A DNA stretch of 64,000 nucleotides, from assembly GCA_017398945.1 (NCBI GenBank), contig JAFQES010000008.1, forward strand, positions 15,565 through 79,564, read 5' to 3'. The position numbers and the translations under genes were made by a program. Positions 1 through 10,659 of the stretch are shown one piece after another. Source of the stretch: Bacilli bacterium. Lineage in GTDB: Bacteria; Bacillota_I; Bacilli_A; RF39; UBA660. Within the stretch, counting starts at the first letter, position 1. Each line of letters opens with the position of its first letter. The notes beneath the pieces were generated by a model. It had not been told where the DNA came from. It worked only from the letters and a program-made list of their open reading frames with translations, and ran no database searches.

Positions 1-1
1 A

Positions 2-862
2 AATAATACCAAAGTAATACCTGCTCGTATAATTGGTAGTAAGGCTGAAACAAACGCAGTAATTGAGTTGTTACTATTAAAAGAATTAAATGATGATGTT
101 TGGGAATGTTTAGCTAAGCCAGCAAAACGTTTGAAAATAGGAACCGAAGTAACTTTTGGAGACGAATTAAAAGCAGTTGTAACCGAAAAGTTAGATGATG
201 GCATGGTTCATGTAAAATTTATTTACGAAGGAATCTTTTTACAAATATTAGATAGACTAGGGGAAATGCCACTTCCACCATATATCAAAGAAAAATTAGA
301 AGATAAAGATAGATATCAAACGGTATATGCTAAATACGAAGGAAGTGCAGCAGCACCAACTGCCGGGCTTCATTTTACTCAAGAACTTTTAGAGAAAATA
401 AAAGAAAAAAATATTCAAATTTGTTATGTTACACTACATGTGGGACTGGGTACATTTAGACCAGTTGAAGAAGAAAATATTTTAAATCATAAAATGCATA
501 GCGAATTTTACAAGATGGATGAAGAAACTGCTAATGTTTTAAACCATGCTAAAAAAAATGGAAAAAACATTATAGCTGTTGGTACAACTTCTACAAGAGT
601 TTTAGAAACCATAATGGAAAAATATAATTGTTTTAAAAAGTGTAGCGGCTATACTGAGATATTTATTTATCCTGGATATAAATTTAAAGCGCTAGATGCT
701 TTAATTACTAATTTTCACTTACCTAAGAGTACATTATTAATGCTTATTAGCGCATTAGCAACTAAAAATAATGTTCTAAACGCTTATAAAGAAGCAATTA
801 AAGAAAAATATCGTTTCTTTTCATTTGGAGATTCAATGTTTATTACAAACAAAAAATTCTGA
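2..862 (+). CDS. queA: S-adenosylmethionine:tRNA ribosyltransferase-isomerase QueA, 5' end cut by the window edge
   Basis: The frame is open from nt 2 ([29 protein letters not shown]...). QueA hallmarks are present: [68 protein letters not shown]. Confidence 0.93.
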   Translation, partial: NNTKVIPARIIGSKAETNAVIELLLLKELNDDVWECLAKPAKRLKIGTEVTFGDELKAVVTEKLDDGMVHVKFIYEGIFLQILDRLGEMPLPPYIKEKLEDKDRYQTVYAKYEGSAAAPTAGLHFTQELLEKIKEKNIQICYVTLHVGLGTFRPVEEENILNHKMHSEFYKMDEETANVLNHAKKNGKNIIAVGTTSTRVLETIMEKYNCFKKCSGYTEIFIYPGYKFKALDALITNFHLPKSTLLMLISALATKNNVLNAYKEAIKEKYRFFSFGDSMFITNKKF

Positions 863-880
863 ATTTCAGAATTTTTTTTA
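851..880. terminator. Bidirectional rho-independent terminator between convergent queA and the 173-aa ORF
   Basis: Perfect 8-bp stem aattctga (855-862) / tcagaatt (866-873) with a 3-nt loop. An A-run lies 5' and a T-run 3'. It overlaps both stop codons. Confidence 0.7.
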
Positions 881-1399
881 AAAAGTTTTTCTTCCTTGTG
901 TACATTTAGCAAGATGCTCTTTAATTTCTTCATTTTTTTGTTCTTCGATCATTTGAAGATACTTTCTTTCTAACATAAATAATTTCAAATCCCAAAAACC
1001 TAGATACTTTTCGCTAAATTCTTTAATTTCAGCTATAGTCGAATTATTTCTTGATGATTCAATTAACATAAAAGTTGGATCTGTGACAAACATAATAAAT
1101 AAAAGTAATTCAGCAGCATTTTCAACAGAAACTCTCGTGCATGTTGATCCAAAAGAAAAAGAACCGATATTAATACTATTTTGAGATGCTGAACTATATG
1201 CTTTTTGAACAGCTCTAGACCATCTTGAGTTAAAAGAATATCTCTCCAATTGATTTTGTAAAGAATATTTTGCTGCCAATTCAACTAAGGAGTGTATTTT
1301 TTCAGATGGAATGTTAACTATATCAATGATTTTTAATTTTGCGTAAAATTCTATATGCTCCTTTTTTAAAGTTATTAGTTTATCAGATTTTTCTATCAT
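878..1399 (-). CDS. Hypothetical 173-aa soluble protein, second gene of the cassette inserted between queA and tgt
   Basis: Intact ORF. Its start overlaps the upstream ORF's stop in an ATGA (1396-1399). No recognisable motif. The C-terminal half resembles that of the upstream ORF. Confidence 0.7.
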   Translation of the reverse strand: MIEKSDKLITLKKEHIEFYAKLKIIDIVNIPSEKIHSLVELAAKYSLQNQLERYSFNSRWSRAVQKAYSSASQNSINIGSFSFGSTCTRVSVENAAELLLFIMFVTDPTFMLIESSRNNSTIAEIKEFSEKYLGFWDLKLFMLERKYLQMIEEQKNEEIKEHLAKCTQGRKTF

Positions 1400-1926
1400 A
1401 AATTACCTCCATCAATTTTTCTGTTTAGTACTTGCTCACTTCTATCAGAAGATAGTTTGTTTTGAAGTAAACAATAATGTAATTCAATTGCGTAAAGCTT
1501 AGGACTATAAAAACCGAATGTTAAATATAATCGTTGGCGTACATCATCAATATTTTGATATTCTGAGAATGCTGCTTTATATTCCGTTAAATATTTAAGT
1601 TCATTATCGCATACCATCATTATAATTAAACCTATTTCCTCTAAACTATTAAACGTGTAATTAAAATTACTAAGTATAGTAGTATTTTGTATATCATTTA
1701 ATAATTGTAAAGCACCACTAAAATAGTCAGCTACTGAATGATTTGCGTAATAATAATTCGGTTTTTTCGCGATTATTTTAGTTTTAATATCTTCAGACAA
1801 TATTTTTAGTTCTTCCAATCTTTCTTTTGAAATAGCTAAAATTTTTCTGGTTGGTAAAGATTCAAATCTTGACTGAACTACTTTATTATCATAAATATTC
1901 TTTTTTTCTGGCAAAAAAATCATCAT
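1396..1926 (-). CDS. Hypothetical 176-aa soluble protein, first gene of the cassette inserted between queA and tgt
   Basis: Intact ORF with a strong SD (GAGGGG) 5-6 nt upstream of ATGATG and a consensus promoter upstream. No recognisable domain. Confidence 0.72.
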   Translation of the reverse strand: MMIFLPEKKNIYDNKVVQSRFESLPTRKILAISKERLEELKILSEDIKTKIIAKKPNYYYANHSVADYFSGALQLLNDIQNTTILSNFNYTFNSLEEIGLIIMMVCDNELKYLTEYKAAFSEYQNIDDVRQRLYLTFGFYSPKLYAIELHYCLLQNKLSSDRSEQVLNRKIDGGNL

Positions 1927-1948
1927 AACCCCTCATTTCTAATGATGT

Positions 1949-1977
1949 ACTATACAATATTTTGCTAAAATTGTCAA
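1949..1977 (-). promoter_or_regulatory. Sigma-A type promoter for the 1926..878 operon
   Basis: On the minus strand: TTGACA (1977-1972), 17-nt spacer, TATAGT (1954-1949). Confidence 0.6.
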
Positions 1978-2003
1978 ATTATCTACTAATTTAGTAGTCA
2001 TTT

Positions 2004-2012
2004 TGGTATAAT
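2004..2012 (+). promoter_or_regulatory. Extended -10 element (TGgTATAAT) upstream of tgt
   Basis: tggtataat at 2004-2012. The -35 is poor. The element lies only about 10-18 nt from the candidate tgt start codons. Confidence 0.4.
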
Positions 2013-2020
2013 CTTTTTGA

Positions 2021-3452
<1,432 letters not shown>

Positions 3453-3461
<9 letters not shown>

Positions 3462-3827
3462 TTCATTGCTTTTTTTATTTATACCAATAATTGAACCAAA
3501 AACACTACTTAATAATAAAATAAAATAATATATTATTCTTTTAAAATTAAAAGAACTATTAAATAATATTAAATTTAAAATTATAAAAGATGCAATCATT
3601 ATTAAACTTACTTTAAAACCAGCTATATACCCTTTATTTTGACGTTTTTTTCCGCCTGAAAAACCCGCTATAAAAAATATAGCCACTGTTATTAATAATA
3701 AAATATATTTTGTTATATTATAACTTAAACCTAAATAATTAAATAAGCTAAGCATTGTTATTAATAAAATTACAATTCCTGCAATAATCAATCCGTTTTT
3801 TATTTTCTTTAAACATTTTACCATCAT
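3453..3827 (-). CDS. Small polytopic membrane protein, possibly YrzE/TIGR04086-like
   Basis: 124 aa with about four hydrophobic segments. It sits next to a spoVB-like gene, as yrzE does in B. subtilis. The family assignment rests on position and architecture only. Confidence 0.5.
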
Positions 3828-3897
3828 ATCACCTAATTTATCTTATTCAAATGTTTAAAAATTTATGAAAGTTATCATAATATAAATGGTGATTTTA

Positions 3898-4545
3898 ATG
3901 GAATTATTTCAGGTAGTAACCAAAACAATCTTTTTTTACTTTTTTATAATATTAGCTTACCGTTTAATGGGGAAAAGAGAAGTAGGACAACTAGGGATAA
4001 TTGATTTAATTGTAACGATTTTAATTGCAGAATTAACGGCTATTAGTATTGAAAATCCAGAAAATTCGGTTTTTTTAACAATTTTTCCTATAGTTACCTT
4101 AGTAATATTAGAAATGGGGTTATCTTTTATATCCCTTAAATCTAGAACATTTAGAACAATTTTTGGTGGAAAGCCTAGCTTAATAATTAGTAATGGAAAA
4201 GTAAATTATCATGAAATGATAAAACAAAGATATACTTTAGATGATCTACTAATGAGTTTGCGTCAAAATGAAATCAGAAACATTGAAGAAGTAGAATACG
4301 CTTTTTTAGAGCCGAATGGAAAATTATCGATTTTTAAATACGGGATATTTAAAACTAAAAAAGCTTATCCTATGCCCTTAATCGTAGATGGTAAAGTCCA
4401 AGAGAAAGCTTTATTATTCATAAAAAAAGATAAAGATTGGTTAATGAATCAAATTATTGAGAAAAACTTGAGCTTAGACAATATTTTCTATGCCTTTTAT
4501 AAAAACAATAAAATTTATGTTATTAGAACAACTAATTTAAAATAG
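3898..4545 (+). CDS. DUF421 (YetF-type) membrane protein
   Basis: N-terminal motif YRLMGKREVGQLGIIDLIVTILIAEL, typical of DUF421, followed by a soluble C-terminal domain. GGTGA SD lies before ATG 3898. Confidence 0.75.
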   Translation: MELFQVVTKTIFFYFFIILAYRLMGKREVGQLGIIDLIVTILIAELTAISIENPENSVFLTIFPIVTLVILEMGLSFISLKSRTFRTIFGGKPSLIISNGKVNYHEMIKQRYTLDDLLMSLRQNEIRNIEEVEYAFLEPNGKLSIFKYGIFKTKKAYPMPLIVDGKVQEKALLFIKKDKDWLMNQIIEKNLSLDNIFYAFYKNNKIYVIRTTNLK

Positions 4546-5829
4546 ATATTTTTTAATAAATATGCTATTTAACGAAACAACAAAAATAATATTAATTATT
4601 TCAGCATAAATTAAAGCATATATACCTAAACCAGCAAAACTTAATAAACTCATCACACTTAATTTAACAACGATACCTAAGAAAGTGATTGCAAACGAAG
4701 TTTTGGCTTTACCAATAGCTTGCATTGTACTAGTTAAAGGCCCCTCTAAATAAAATAAAACGAAAATAGGACCTAAAACTTTAATGAATTCGCTTCCAGT
4801 AGTTGTTTTGTATAAAAGAGATAAAAGGCTATCACGAAATGCCATAATTAATAAAGAAAATAATAATCCTATAATAAAAGATAATATAGTTGCTTGTTTA
4901 AATCTTTTGCGTACCCAAGTCAAATTATTATGACAATAAAATTTGCTTATTTCTGGCACAATTGATGAACAAATAGCCATGATAAAAAAACTAGGAAGAG
5001 TAAGTAAAGAAATAGCGTAGGCATTGTAAGCACCGTAATTTGCCAAAATGTAATTGTTGCTAAAACCACTATATAATAATATATTTGTAAGTAAAATGGG
5101 TTCAAAGAAAAAACCAATATTTCCAACTAGTCTCGAGGAAACCGTCGGTACACTTATACTTAAAATATCATTAAAAGTCCCTAAATCTGGTTTAATATCA
5201 GATTTTTTTATGGTAAATTTTTTAGGGGCAAAACAAAGAAATGTGATGATGGATGCAGTTTCTGATGCGATACTCATTAAAATAAGCCCGATAACTGCAT
5301 AAATAATACTTTTTTCAATTAATTTAGGAATTATCAAGATAATTAAAATAATTCTTATTATTTGTTCTATTATATTTGATAAGGCGTTGGGAAACATTTT
5401 CTGTTTGCCAAAAAAGTAACCTTTTAAGATACTTGAAATGCTTATAAATGGGATAGTAAGGGCCATCGCATATATTAATTTAGTTGCCCTAGGTTCTTTT
5501 AAAAGATTAACAGCAATATATTCGCCACATAAAAAAACAATTAAGATTATTGCTATATTTACAAGCATAATGATAAAACCAGAATTAATTAAAATCTTTT
5601 GAGGACGTTTTTTATTTTCAGCAACAAGTTTAGATATAGCAAGCGGTAAAGCTAAAGTGGCAAAGGTAATTAGAAGCGAATAAGTTGGTGTAACAATAGT
5701 ATATAAACTGATAGCTTCTTCACCAACAATTCTGGTATAAATAATTCTTATAATAAAACCTAATATTTTTGTAATTAATCCGCTACACATTAATATCAAT
5801 GTTGAAATAAAAAACTTATTGTTTCTCAT
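4537..5829 (-). CDS. MOP-superfamily flippase (SpoVB / polysaccharide biosynthesis protein-like)
   Basis: 430 aa with about 12 TM segments. The N-terminus (GLITKILGFIIRIIYTRIVGEEAISLY) is typical of the SpoVB/YtgP family. Its position matches B. subtilis spoVB. Confidence 0.7.
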   Translation of the reverse strand: MRNNKFFISTLILMCSGLITKILGFIIRIIYTRIVGEEAISLYTIVTPTYSLLITFATLALPLAISKLVAENKKRPQKILINSGFIIMLVNIAIILIVFLCGEYIAVNLLKEPRATKLIYAMALTIPFISISSILKGYFFGKQKMFPNALSNIIEQIIRIILIILIIPKLIEKSIIYAVIGLILMSIASETASIITFLCFAPKKFTIKKSDIKPDLGTFNDILSISVPTVSSRLVGNIGFFFEPILLTNILLYSGFSNNYILANYGAYNAYAISLLTLPSFFIMAICSSIVPEISKFYCHNNLTWVRKRFKQATILSFIIGLLFSLLIMAFRDSLLSLLYKTTTGSEFIKVLGPIFVLFYLEGPLTSTMQAIGKAKTSFAITFLGIVVKLSVMSLLSFAGLGIYALIYAEIINIIFVVSLNSIFIKKYLF

Positions 5830-5903
5830 AAATCACCTTTAATTCTTATCTAAATTGTTATATAATAACTATATGAAAAAAGAATGATTTTTAGGTGAGA
5901 TAA

Positions 5904-6191
5904 ATGAACGAAATAAAATTTCATAGTTTAAATGAATTATATAAAAGATTATTACCGGCTTTAAAAAGCAAAAAGAAAACCTTACATCAAAAAGGTTATA
6001 CTTATATATATGAAGAAGATATATGGAATTGCTGTAAGGCCTCTTGGTCTAAAAGAACTAATTTAGAATTATATAATATGGTAGATGATATTTTAAATAC
6101 CGATGATGAAGTATTTGATAAATATTTAAAAGATTATTTTAAAGGCAGTCACCGCCGATTAAGTAAGGATGAGATACATAGTGAGAACTGA
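5904..6191 (+). CDS. ComN/YrzD-like post-transcriptional regulator family protein
   Basis: 95 aa. The pattern LNELYKRLLPAL...EEDIWNCCKASWSK...LELYNMVDDIL and its position next to the spoVB-like gene match the B. subtilis comN (yrzD) arrangement. Confidence 0.55.
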   Translation: MNEIKFHSLNELYKRLLPALKSKKKTLHQKGYTYIYEEDIWNCCKASWSKRTNLELYNMVDDILNTDDEVFDKYLKDYFKGSHRRLSKDEIHSEN

Positions 6192-8337
6192 CATTTTAAC
6201 AATTGATGATTTATTAAAATTAGTAGACAAAAACTTTCAAAGAAATAATAGTTTAAAAAGGATCAAAAAAGCCTATGATTTTGCTTTAGAAAATCATGCT
6301 GGAAAAACTAGATTAACTAAAGATCCTTACATAATGCATCCATTAAATGTTGCTTATATATTAGCCAATTTAAATGTTGATGAAACAACGATCGTTGCAG
6401 CATTAATTCACGAAACAATAAATAATGGTAATGCTACAGAAGAAGAGATAGAAAATTTATTTGGCATTGAAGTTAAAAATATTGTAAGCATAATTTCGAA
6501 AATAAATAAACTAGAAGCAACAGATGATTCTGATTCAGCATCAATATATTTGCGCAAAGTATTAGTTGGTATGGCAGAAGATGTCAGAATTTTATATGTA
6601 AAATTAGCTGATCGTTTGCACAATATGAGAACAATCTGGGCCGTTCGAAAAGAAAAACAAAAACATAAAGCAAATGAAACTATGAATGTGTTGGTGCCAA
6701 TTGCTCATCGACTTGGAATAAATTCAATTAAAAGTGAATTAGAAAATATATGTTTACGCATTTTAAAACCTGATGTCTACCACGATATTGAAGAAAAATT
6801 AAATGAATCATTCCCTGATTCAAAAATTATTTTAAATGATATGCAAGATGCTATAACAAATATTTTAATTGAAAATGATATTAAATTCGAAATCAAAAGT
6901 CGGGTGAAAAGTGTCTATAGCGTTTACAATAAACTAAATAATGGTAAGAAGTGGAATAATATATATGACTTTTTAGCTTTAAGAATTATTTTAGAAAAAG
7001 AAAGCGATTGCTATTTAGCAGTTGGTTTAATTCATTCTAAATTTAGACCCATGCCAAATCGTTTTAAAGATTATATAGCTATGCCCAAAGAAAACATGTA
7101 TCAATCATTACATACGACAATATTTGGAGCAGATGGACATTTATTCGAAGTTCAATTAAGAACATACGAAATGGACGAGTTTGCCGAAAAAGGTATGGCT
7201 TCTCATTGGTCATATAAAGAAAAAGGCACCAAAAAAGCTCAAAATATTATGGAACAAAAACTAGAAATATTTAGGGCAGTTATCGAAAATAATCGCGATG
7301 AAGAAAATGATAGCATCTTTGCTAAAAATATTTCGGGAGAATTTTTATCAGATTTAATATATGTTTTCACCCCTAAAGGGGATGTTGTAGAACTTCCTAA
7401 AGGAGCAACTCCAATTGACTTTGCTTATCGTATCCATTCAAACGTTGGTTCTAAAATGGTTGGCGCTATCGTAAATGATGTAATGGTTCCATTAACATAT
7501 GAACTACAAGATAATGATATAGTTACCATAAAAACTAGTAATAGTGCAAAACCAAATAAAGATTGGTTAAACATAGTTAAAACATCCCAAGCCAAGAATA
7601 AAATTAAGGCTTATTTTAGCAAACAAGATAAAGCTATGTATATTGAAAGAGGAAAACAATATCTAGAAAAAGAACTGCGCAAAAGAAAACTTTCGATAGC
7701 CGAAACTTTAAGTGACGAAAACATCGAAAAAATATTAAAAGACTTAAAACTTAAAGATCTAAATGATATTTATTTTTCAATTGGATCAGTAAGATACACA
7801 GCCGGCTATATAATTAACTTAACAACTGAAGACAAGCATTCAACCCAAGAAGCATTAATTGAAAAGTTACAAGATAATAAGAAAAATATTGTTTCTAATC
7901 ACAAAAGTGAAATAATTGTTGCTGGAGCTAATGATATTATTGTTAATTTCGCTAAGTGCTGTAATCCGATCAAAGGAGACAATATTGTTGGATATATTAC
8001 TAAAAACCAAGGAATTATCATTCATAAAGAGGGTTGTAAAAATATAGAAAATAAACAAGATCGATTTGTTGATGTTATTTGGAATGAATCTAGTGACAAT
8101 TTATTTATAAGAAAATTACATGTAAAAATAAATGACAATAAAAATCACATGATGGATATTTTTACCTTAGCGGCGAAAAGAAACTTTACAATTGTTTCAA
8201 TCGATACTAAAGAAAGCTATGAAAATAATTTGCCAAACATTAACTACGAAATAAGCATAAAAATCAAAAATATTGCTGAATATAATACATTTGTAAAAGA
8301 TTTAAATAACCAAACATATATAACGGAGGTTTACTGA
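6169..8337 (+). CDS. relA: Long RelA/SpoT homologue with an intact (p)ppGpp synthetase and a degenerate hydrolase motif (RelA-like)
   Basis: Synthetase motifs are present: RVKSVYSVYNK, DFLALRII, DYIAMPKENMYQSLHTT, EVQLRTYEMDEFAEKGMASHWSYKE. A TGS domain (IYVFTPKGDVVELPKGATPIDFAYRIHS), a CC zinc-finger region and a C-terminal ACT/RRM-like domain are also present. The hydrolase HDVxEDT motif reads HETINNG. The start may be ATG 6169 or GTG 6181. Confidence 0.9.
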   Translation: MRYIVRTDILTIDDLLKLVDKNFQRNNSLKRIKKAYDFALENHAGKTRLTKDPYIMHPLNVAYILANLNVDETTIVAALIHETINNGNATEEEIENLFGIEVKNIVSIISKINKLEATDDSDSASIYLRKVLVGMAEDVRILYVKLADRLHNMRTIWAVRKEKQKHKANETMNVLVPIAHRLGINSIKSELENICLRILKPDVYHDIEEKLNESFPDSKIILNDMQDAITNILIENDIKFEIKSRVKSVYSVYNKLNNGKKWNNIYDFLALRIILEKESDCYLAVGLIHSKFRPMPNRFKDYIAMPKENMYQSLHTTIFGADGHLFEVQLRTYEMDEFAEKGMASHWSYKEKGTKKAQNIMEQKLEIFRAVIENNRDEENDSIFAKNISGEFLSDLIYVFTPKGDVVELPKGATPIDFAYRIHSNVGSKMVGAIVNDVMVPLTYELQDNDIVTIKTSNSAKPNKDWLNIVKTSQAKNKIKAYFSKQDKAMYIERGKQYLEKELRKRKLSIAETLSDENIEKILKDLKLKDLNDIYFSIGSVRYTAGYIINLTTEDKHSTQEALIEKLQDNKKNIVSNHKSEIIVAGANDIIVNFAKCCNPIKGDNIVGYITKNQGIIIHKEGCKNIENKQDRFVDVIWNESSDNLFIRKLHVKINDNKNHMMDIFTLAAKRNFTIVSIDTKESYENNLPNINYEISIKIKNIAEYNTFVKDLNNQTYITEVY

Positions 8338-8771
8338 TGAAAGTAGTAGTCCAAAGATGTGAAAAAGCTAGCGTTTCAGTTGATGATAAATTAATTAATG
8401 CCATCGAAAACGGCTTAATGATTTTAGTTGGATTTACCGAAGGGGACACCGAAAAAGAGATTGATTATATGGTCAAAAAAGTTGCTAATTTAAGAATATT
8501 TGATGATGAAAATGGCATTATGAATAAATCTGTTTTAGACATAAAAGGGAGCATTCTATCAATAAGTCAATTTACTTTATATGGTGATGCTTCCAAAGGA
8601 AATAGACCTAGTTATATCAAAGCTCTAAATGGAGAAAAAGCAACAAAATTATATGATTTATTTAATGAAAAACTAAATGAACTAGCTCCAACTAAAACAG
8701 GAGTATTTGGAGCTGAAATGAAAATTGATTTTATAAATGATGGTCCAATAACTATTATTTTAGAAAAATAA
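8337..8771 (+). CDS. dtd: D-aminoacyl-tRNA deacylase
   Basis: MKVVVQR...ASV, SQFTLYGD..KGNRPS, GVFGAEMKIDFINDGPIT. ATGA overlap with the relA stop. Confidence 0.92.
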   Translation: MKVVVQRCEKASVSVDDKLINAIENGLMILVGFTEGDTEKEIDYMVKKVANLRIFDDENGIMNKSVLDIKGSILSISQFTLYGDASKGNRPSYIKALNGEKATKLYDLFNEKLNELAPTKTGVFGAEMKIDFINDGPITIILEK

Positions 8772-8828
8772 TTGAAAGAACATTTTATATTTGTTAATAT
8801 AACAAATAAATTCAGGAGGTTTTTTAAA

Positions 8829-10658
8829 ATGGAAAAATCTAAAACTAATATACTTGTAATTTCAGAACACGAAAAGGATTATAACGCAATTAAAGCTATT
8901 GGTTACACTCACGTAGATTATATTCCCTCATCTGTAGTAGCAACTAAATACTTTAGCGGTAAAAATCGTAACGCATTAAATCAATACCATTATATATTTG
9001 TCAATCATAATATAATAGATAACAATAACTACGGAAACTATGACCACTATAAAAACGAATTTATTGATTTGTTATTTTGCAGAGGATGTCTAGTAATTGA
9101 TTATTTATCACATGAAGATAGCGATGAGATACGTGCTTCTGTTTATACAGGAGCAAAAAAATCATTATTAAATTATAATTTATATCATAATATGAAAGAT
9201 TTATTTGCAAAGTTTGATGAACTCAATTGGAAACACAAGAAAAAAGAGTATCAACCAATAAATTATATAAATCAAAAGAAACTACCTTTATGTCCCTCTT
9301 TAAAAAACATTAAAGTATTAATGTTAATACCTTATCCAGACAAAATAATTGATAAATTAAAATCATTTGCTAATGGGATTGGTATAAAAAAACTTGAAAT
9401 AGTTGAAGACCATAATTGCGCATTTAATGAAAATTACGTCACTAAATTAGCTGATTATGATATTATTTTGGCAAGTAGTCTATATTCAAGCAAAATACTT
9501 AGTTTAGCTAAAGAAGCATCTATTCAATGTCAAGCCTCTGGTAAACAATTACTTATATTACAAACATATAGCGATGTTCTTTATTATAACCAATCAAATA
9601 TACATTATAAAATAATAAAACCAAACCCAGAAAAAATAGAAGACATTTATCAAGAATGTAAATTAGGAATAACAAAAGAAGAAATAGATTTTTATAAATG
9701 GTTATTAGAAACATCGGCATATAGATATATTGCTAAAAGAAATATTATTTGTCCAAGAGGCGAAGTCTTAGAACACAATTTATATAGCGAAAAAAAATAT
9801 GAAACCATATATCAAAATGAGGTTTCTGAAAAAGAAAGAGAATTACAACTTTTTCAAGAAGTATACAGATTTATAAATCGTTATTTTACCGATAAAAACA
9901 TAGACAAAAACAAATTAAGATTGAAAAACTTAAACTTAAAAGAAACGAAATATACAAAAGATTATACAACAATATATGTATATCATGCTTTGTTTGAAAC
10001 TAAAAACAAAGAAAAATACGAAATACTAATTGATACAAAATGTGGTTATAACGGTCGTGAAATTGCTAACACCAATGCAGTTGAATTACAAATCATTAAA
10101 CCATATGACGCTAAATTTAAACCACGCAAATTAAACTTTTCTCAAATCTGGTCTCGTTATGGAGTACATGCCGATTGGGCTAATCCCGAAGATATAACTA
10201 TATTAACTGAATTGTTGCAAGTTCTAAAGCAAGAATTAAAGCCAACATTTAACAAAATAGATGCTGAACAAACTCAAATCATTAATAGAAAATACACTTA
10301 TAGTGAAATAATAAATTCAGTAAAAGAGTATCTAAAACTAGAAAATACTTCCCAAATTTATATTCCTGGTCAAATAAAAATTGAACGCAGAAAAATTGAT
10401 TATAAAATAACCTGCTATATTAACGAAAATCCTGTATCAATTATGATAATTAATAAAGAAAATTGTAGTACTCAATTTGAATTAAGTGTTTTAAATAAAA
10501 ACGGCAATTTAGCTCCAAGTCGAGTAATAAAATTAGATGAGAAACCTCCGTATAACGAGAAAGAATTAACGACACTAGAAGCAATTAAGAAAAAATTGGA
10601 ATTTCATTTAAATAAAAGCAAAGATTGTCAAAAAAGAAATAGAAAGAAGCCGGAATAA
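8829..10658 (+). CDS. Hypothetical 609-aa protein with two N-terminal flavodoxin/receiver-like modules and two beta-rich C-terminal repeats
   Basis: AGGAGG SD 9 nt before ATG 8829. Beta-alpha patterns NILVISEHEKDYNAIKAIGY and IKVLMLIPYPDKIIDKLKSF lack a phospho-acceptor Asp pair. No catalytic motif recognised. The next gene starts 1 nt after the stop. Confidence 0.7.
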   Translation: MEKSKTNILVISEHEKDYNAIKAIGYTHVDYIPSSVVATKYFSGKNRNALNQYHYIFVNHNIIDNNNYGNYDHYKNEFIDLLFCRGCLVIDYLSHEDSDEIRASVYTGAKKSLLNYNLYHNMKDLFAKFDELNWKHKKKEYQPINYINQKKLPLCPSLKNIKVLMLIPYPDKIIDKLKSFANGIGIKKLEIVEDHNCAFNENYVTKLADYDIILASSLYSSKILSLAKEASIQCQASGKQLLILQTYSDVLYYNQSNIHYKIIKPNPEKIEDIYQECKLGITKEEIDFYKWLLETSAYRYIAKRNIICPRGEVLEHNLYSEKKYETIYQNEVSEKERELQLFQEVYRFINRYFTDKNIDKNKLRLKNLNLKETKYTKDYTTIYVYHALFETKNKEKYEILIDTKCGYNGREIANTNAVELQIIKPYDAKFKPRKLNFSQIWSRYGVHADWANPEDITILTELLQVLKQELKPTFNKIDAEQTQIINRKYTYSEIINSVKEYLKLENTSQIYIPGQIKIERRKIDYKITCYINENPVSIMIINKENCSTQFELSVLNKNGNLAPSRVIKLDEKPPYNEKELTTLEAIKKKLEFHLNKSKDCQKRNRKKPE

Positions 10659-10659
10659 T

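Noticed and set aside
1063-1284. Track ORF 1063..1284 (-), 73 aa
   Set aside because: It is nested out of frame within the 173-aa ORF on the same strand. It has no RBS and an implausible composition.
878-1926. HEPN (Rx4-6H) or other nuclease motifs in the two cassette proteins
   Set aside because: I scanned both sequences and found no Rx4-6H, PD-(D/E)xK, HNH or GIY-YIG-like pattern. They are left as unknown.
8772-8828. Upstream start (8772) for the 628-aa ORF
   Set aside because: ATG 8829 is preceded by AGGAGG at ideal spacing. The 19 extra residues have no SD and begin immediately after the dtd stop.
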